DNA from: the human T2T-CHM13v2.0 reference genome, Homo sapiens
DNA length: 64,000 nt
Direction: 5' to 3' (one strand)
Assembly (NCBI RefSeq): GCF_009914755.1
Contig: NC_060932.1
Translations under genes and position numbers: made by a program
Shown here: in pieces, positions 59,369-64,000 of the stretch
Layout of the letters: each line of letters begins with the position of its first letter
Numbering within the stretch: the first letter of the stretch is position 1
The notes under the pieces: generated by a model
What the model was told of the DNA's origin: nothing
Seen by the model: the letters and a program-made list of their open reading frames with translations, nothing else
Databases searched by the model: none

Positions 59369-62034
59369 ATTATAAGTTCTTTCACCCATGCATGACTCTG
59401 AACGCCTTTAACTACTACCACCAAAGAATAGTTGTGAGGAATTGAAAGCTATTTTGGCCAGAAGGCCACCAGGGCTTGTAAAAAATGAGGAGTTTTCATG
59501 AGATTATGACCCTACTGACATCTTTCACAACCTTCTTGGTGGTGCTGATCAGACAAAGAGAGGAAGCAAAAGTCTCTTATGGAGTGAACCTTTGCTGTTT
59601 AAATATGCCATGGGCCTAAAATATGTTGCTTATGCCTAGCTGCAAAAGTTCAGTGGAATGTAATGACTCAGGAATGGTGAGCATACCAAAAGTTTTCCTA
59701 AATTTTTTCCTAAGTTTTACTATAGTACTTATTTATAGTTCCATGCCAGAAAACAATATAAAACAGACTTTTCTTTTCTATCAGACTAATATACTTATTA
59801 CTAAGACGAAAGAAAAATACACGACAAAAACATTATACACTCAAAGTTATTTCCTTATTAGAATGGAGCAATAGTTCATAGGCAAAAAGAAAAAAGGATT
59901 AAATGGATTGTGATAAGGATATAACTGCCTTGATGAAATGTTTTACATATTTTACGCATTTCAAAAGCTCAGCTAATACTTTATTTTCATGGAATATTTT
60001 GTTTTTTTTTTAACAAAGATATGTTTCTCTGTGCTTTTCGTTTCGACAACAGCCCAGTCTTTGTAAGCCAATCTTCAACTACAATTTAATTGCATAACTG
60101 AGGAAAAAAAATATCAGCACTGAGTGATTTTGCTTTGTTTTCTAATTGTGCTGAAAGGGCTCAACCATTCCCAGGTACTCCCGAGTCCCTAGCTGAGCAG
60201 TGCTCTTAATTCTCATCTGATGCTGAAATCCTAGTCCCAGGTGAACAGCTTCCAAACAAATACATGCACAAATTTCTCAGTATCAATTCTTTTTATTAAC
60301 ATTAGCACTTTTATGCCAATACTGAAAGATGTTGGGTTTTATACAATATAAGGGTTTTATGACTGATGCTACATATTTTTTATTTCTCTTGAGAATCAAG
60401 GTAAATAATCCTAGCTCATGGCCTGGGATCCTGAGAGAGGCTGGTTCTTATCTGACTCTGCATTCATTGGGAAAATCACTTTTTTCTCAGCTGAAAAGGA
60501 GGCATAAGGGACAATATCTCATTTCATAGAGCTGCTTTGTGTAGACGTAAAGGAAATAACAAGTATAAAACTATTAAACTGTGGCCAGATACATGGCAGG
60601 AAGAGGTAGCTTCCTGCTGCTGAAGTCCCCTTGCACATGGAACACCCAGGGAGGCCCCAGAAGAGTTGACACTGACAATGCCCACCCACTTGATGGTGGA
60701 GACGGGATTGACCACCTCTGCTTGGGGTTCAGGAGCATTCTGTCTTAGCACTTATCCCACCATCTTATTCTATTTTGTGAAATATCACTAATTTTGTCTA
60801 AAGGAAAAAGCTATTTGGAAGAAAATCCATCACCAAACGGACATATGCCAGCACCACTGAAGGAAGAATCTCCTGTGAAATCCACATGGTGGGGCAGAGG
60901 CTCTGAGGAACCAGTTAGCTCTTCCAGAAAGATCCACACTGGCACAGACCTAGCCCCACCATACAGCAAGGTAAGATGTGAGCCAAGCCCTACAGATACC
61001 TCAGGCCTTCACGCTTCCTATTCAGAGCAAACTCCTTCTGAGAATTGTACTGATATATATATATATATTTTTTTTTTTTCTGAAATTTTTTGCTTTTAGG
61101 AATGAGATGAGACATTCAAACTCATTTCCCTAGAGGCACAAACCAAATTTGAAACTAGCGGAGAAAGAGTGAAAGACCAATAATTTCACCAGCTGGCTCT
61201 CCCACAATAATCTAACATTGTATGGGAAGTTGTAATATGTTGTGTGATTACTTCTTCTATTTTATTTGTTTGCTTTTTCTCTTCTATTTCCAAGTTATCT
61301 TTCTTCATTTTGTGAAGAACAATATAAGTATATAATGTTTTTGAGTTGGAAACAAGTTTGCTCAAAGCCACTGAGTTATTTTTATTTCTGAATACTTTGA
61401 GCAGGAAGCTATAATTTTCATTTTCCCCAATGTGAAAGGTAAAGAAAGAGTAACCACAGAGTCAGGTACATAATGATTATAACAAGAAATCATTTTATTG
61501 TAATCCTGCATGCTCTTGGTTATTAGGTTACTAGTTTTCTATGACATTCGACTCTTTTCAAATTGTGAAATTTGCTTAATTTTTATTGGGAACACGATGG
61601 TATTTCATCCAGAATTCAATTTTCTACTAAAATTATATTTCTCTCACCTAAATGCAGTGAGGAATGCATATATACGGTGTAATTGTCTGATTTTCAGTAT
61701 TACATGTATATTTATATAATGCAAATACGTCTATTCTGCACAAAAGCTTTTCTTGAGTGTGCAACCCCCATCATAATACACATGTCTTCTGTTTCTGAAG
61801 AAGTTTTGCATATTCTTTGATACAAGAAGTGTGAATTACATAGAAATATACAAACACATTTTATGTTCAGTGACTTTTTACTTGTAGGGTATTTTACATA
61901 TGAAATTCGTTATAGTGGTAGGAATCTGAATATTGTTTCTAAAGTATATCGGGATTTAATTCATGGTTTAATTTATTCTCATCCAATCCTCTCTGATTCT
62001 TAACATATTACCCCATTCCCATGCTATGCTATTA

Positions 62035-62200
62035 CTGATTCATTCACTCAATATATTTTATGCATTTGTCTATGTGGGCTGTGTCAGTCTCTGGGTTTAC
62101 AATGCTAAAAACACAAGGCACATCCTTGTCCCCAAGGACTCTGGCTTGGGCAGGAACACAGATACTATGGGAAGGAATTTTACTATGCAAGAAGTATAAA
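62035..62200 (-). mobile_element. L2 3' end
   Basis: attcattcactcaatatattt...ctatgtgggc...catccttgtccccaagga. Confidence 0.65.
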
Positions 62201-62524
62201 TTGTTTTCCACAATAACTTTTTTTAAAGTCTTCATTATATTAGTTAGTGAAAACTTTCTCAACAACAACTCCCTACCACCCTCCTTGTTTTTCTGGGGTG
62301 TGTCTGCGTTCTCAGGAGGTCCTGGGGGTCCCAGGGAGGCTGGATAGCTCTGGCATGGTTTATTCCCTATTACCAGCAGCGTTCCCTGAGACGGGTCCTT
62401 TCCTTGTAAAACATTCCTTCAGCCATTCTCCCCAGGCCCTCTGAGGACGTTTCTGATAGGCTGTCTGCCTCTCTAAAACACAGCACTCACTTTGTTGGGC
62501 CTTTGTCATTTAGAGTCATCTGTT

Positions 62525-63093
62525 TGTGATGGTTACTTTTATGTGTCAACTTGACTGGGCTGAGGGATGCTCAGATAGCAGGTGCAACATTATTTCTGGG
62601 CATATCTGTGAGGATGTTTCCAGGAGATATTAGTATTTCACTTAGTAGGCTGAGGAAAGAAGATCCATCCTTACCAATGTAGGTGGGCACCATTCAATTC
62701 TATGAGAGCCAGAATAGAACAAAATGTCAAAGGAGGGGTGAATTTGGCTTCTCTTTTGTAACTGGATAACCCATCCTGCCCTTGGACATTGGAGTTCTTC
62801 TGGCTTCCCTGATCCTCGAGACTTTAGACACTGAGATTTACACATTGTCTCCCCAAACCCTTCTTCTTCCCAGGCCTTCAGTCTTGAACTGACAGATACA
62901 TCATCATCTCTCCTGGTTCTCAGGTCTTCAAACTCAGACTGAGTTATAATACTGGTTCTCCAGTTTGCAAACAGCAGATTGTAAGACTTCTCAGTCTTCA
63001 TAATCATTGTGAGCCAATTACCGTAATAAATCCCCTCTTACATATGCAGATATATTCTATTGGTTTTGTCTCTGGAGAATTTCGACTAATACA
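62525..63093 (+). mobile_element. MLT2B-like solo LTR (ERVL)
   Basis: tgtgatggttacttttatgtgtcaacttgactggg...tattggttttgtctctggagaa...gactaataca. Confidence 0.92.
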
Positions 63094-63593
63094 GAGACTC
63101 TTCATCCTTTCATGCCAATCTCTGATACTCAGAAACTACTCATATCCTCTCACTACACCAGGGTGCAGGGCATATTCCACCAGTGCGCCCAGGTACCTCT
63201 GTCTAAGCACATCATTCAGGCATTTCTACTCCCACTGCAGCCCCTGCATGGGGGAAACCAAGGTTTTGCCACCTCTCTTAGGTCCACCTGGGCAGAGTCT
63301 TCATTCTCTCAGACCCATATGAGGTATCTGTCGTCCTCTGCCCTGCTGGGGCTTGTAGCTCCTTTTGCAGGCACACACCCCCTCTAAACTTCCCCCGTAA
63401 CTCTCCACCTCAGTCCAGGAAACCATTTATGGACTTGGGACAGGAGCTACCAGCAACTTTGCCTCAACCTATGTCTTCTGAGTTATCTTCTGCCTAAGCT
63501 TTTAACATTGAAAAGACGTTTCTCTGCTGTAACATCCCTTACCTGAGATAAACTTCTTGCTGACAAAATATGAAGGACATCACAAGTTCGAAG

Positions 63594-64000
63594 TGATATA
63601 GGAGTTAAAAAGCAATTATTTAAGCAGATAGCGAGAATAAGGAAGTCCTCAGTGAGGTTTCCCTCTTAATGAAAAGCGGCCCCCAAATCATTTCTTCTCT
63701 AATAAAGAGCAGCCTGTAAAATCAAGCTGCAGACATAGATAAGCAAGGTGGAAGCTTGCACGGGTGAATGAGCAGCTGTGCCAGTAGGAAAAGGCTACCT
63801 GGGAGCCAAGCATGTTCAACATGGCGGCTCCATCTTCCCTATTCCTTGCCAACCACATGTACAGTAAAGAGCAGACAACATGGCTCTGGCCAAGTAGAAA
63901 ACCTATTTGCATAGTAAAAGATAAGGTGGGGTGGCCAGCTTCTTGGCACACTATGCAAACGTCACACCTGGTCTAACCAATCTTTGGGCTCTATGTAAAT
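63594..64000 (+). mobile_element. Second LTR9-family LTR, cut by the window edge
   Basis: Colinear with 22638-23037 (tgatataggagttaa...gagcagcctgtaaaatc...atggcggctccatcttccc...gggctctatgtaaat). Confidence 0.88.

Overview
AT-rich, CpG-poor primate (human-like) genomic DNA with the character of an intergenic or deep intronic region. I recognise no protein-coding exon, RNA gene or CRISPR array. The ORF track is explained by chance ORFs, Alu-derived ORFs and broken L1 ORF2 fragments. A large share of the window is interspersed repeats: Alus, L1s from ancient L1M to young L1PA, L2/MIR, solo LTRs (LTR13A, two LTR9-family, THE1, MST, MLT1, MLT2) and DNA transposon fossils. Family names come from remembered consensus sequences, so subfamily calls need RepeatMasker/Dfam confirmation. 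I found no convincing new biological system. The most unusual signals are micro-scale rearrangements visible directly in the sequence. The strongest is at 44674-44938: a direct-inverted-direct micro-triplication forming a 69-bp-arm palindrome, adjoining a ~66-bp young L1 insertion with a perfect 16-bp TSD. Others are smaller near-perfect hairpins, an internally inverted MER44, a dispersed 100-bp duplication, an antisense Alu nested in a sense Alu, a tailless Alu retaining TSDs, a twin-primed L1PA, and a few candidate non-coding exons.
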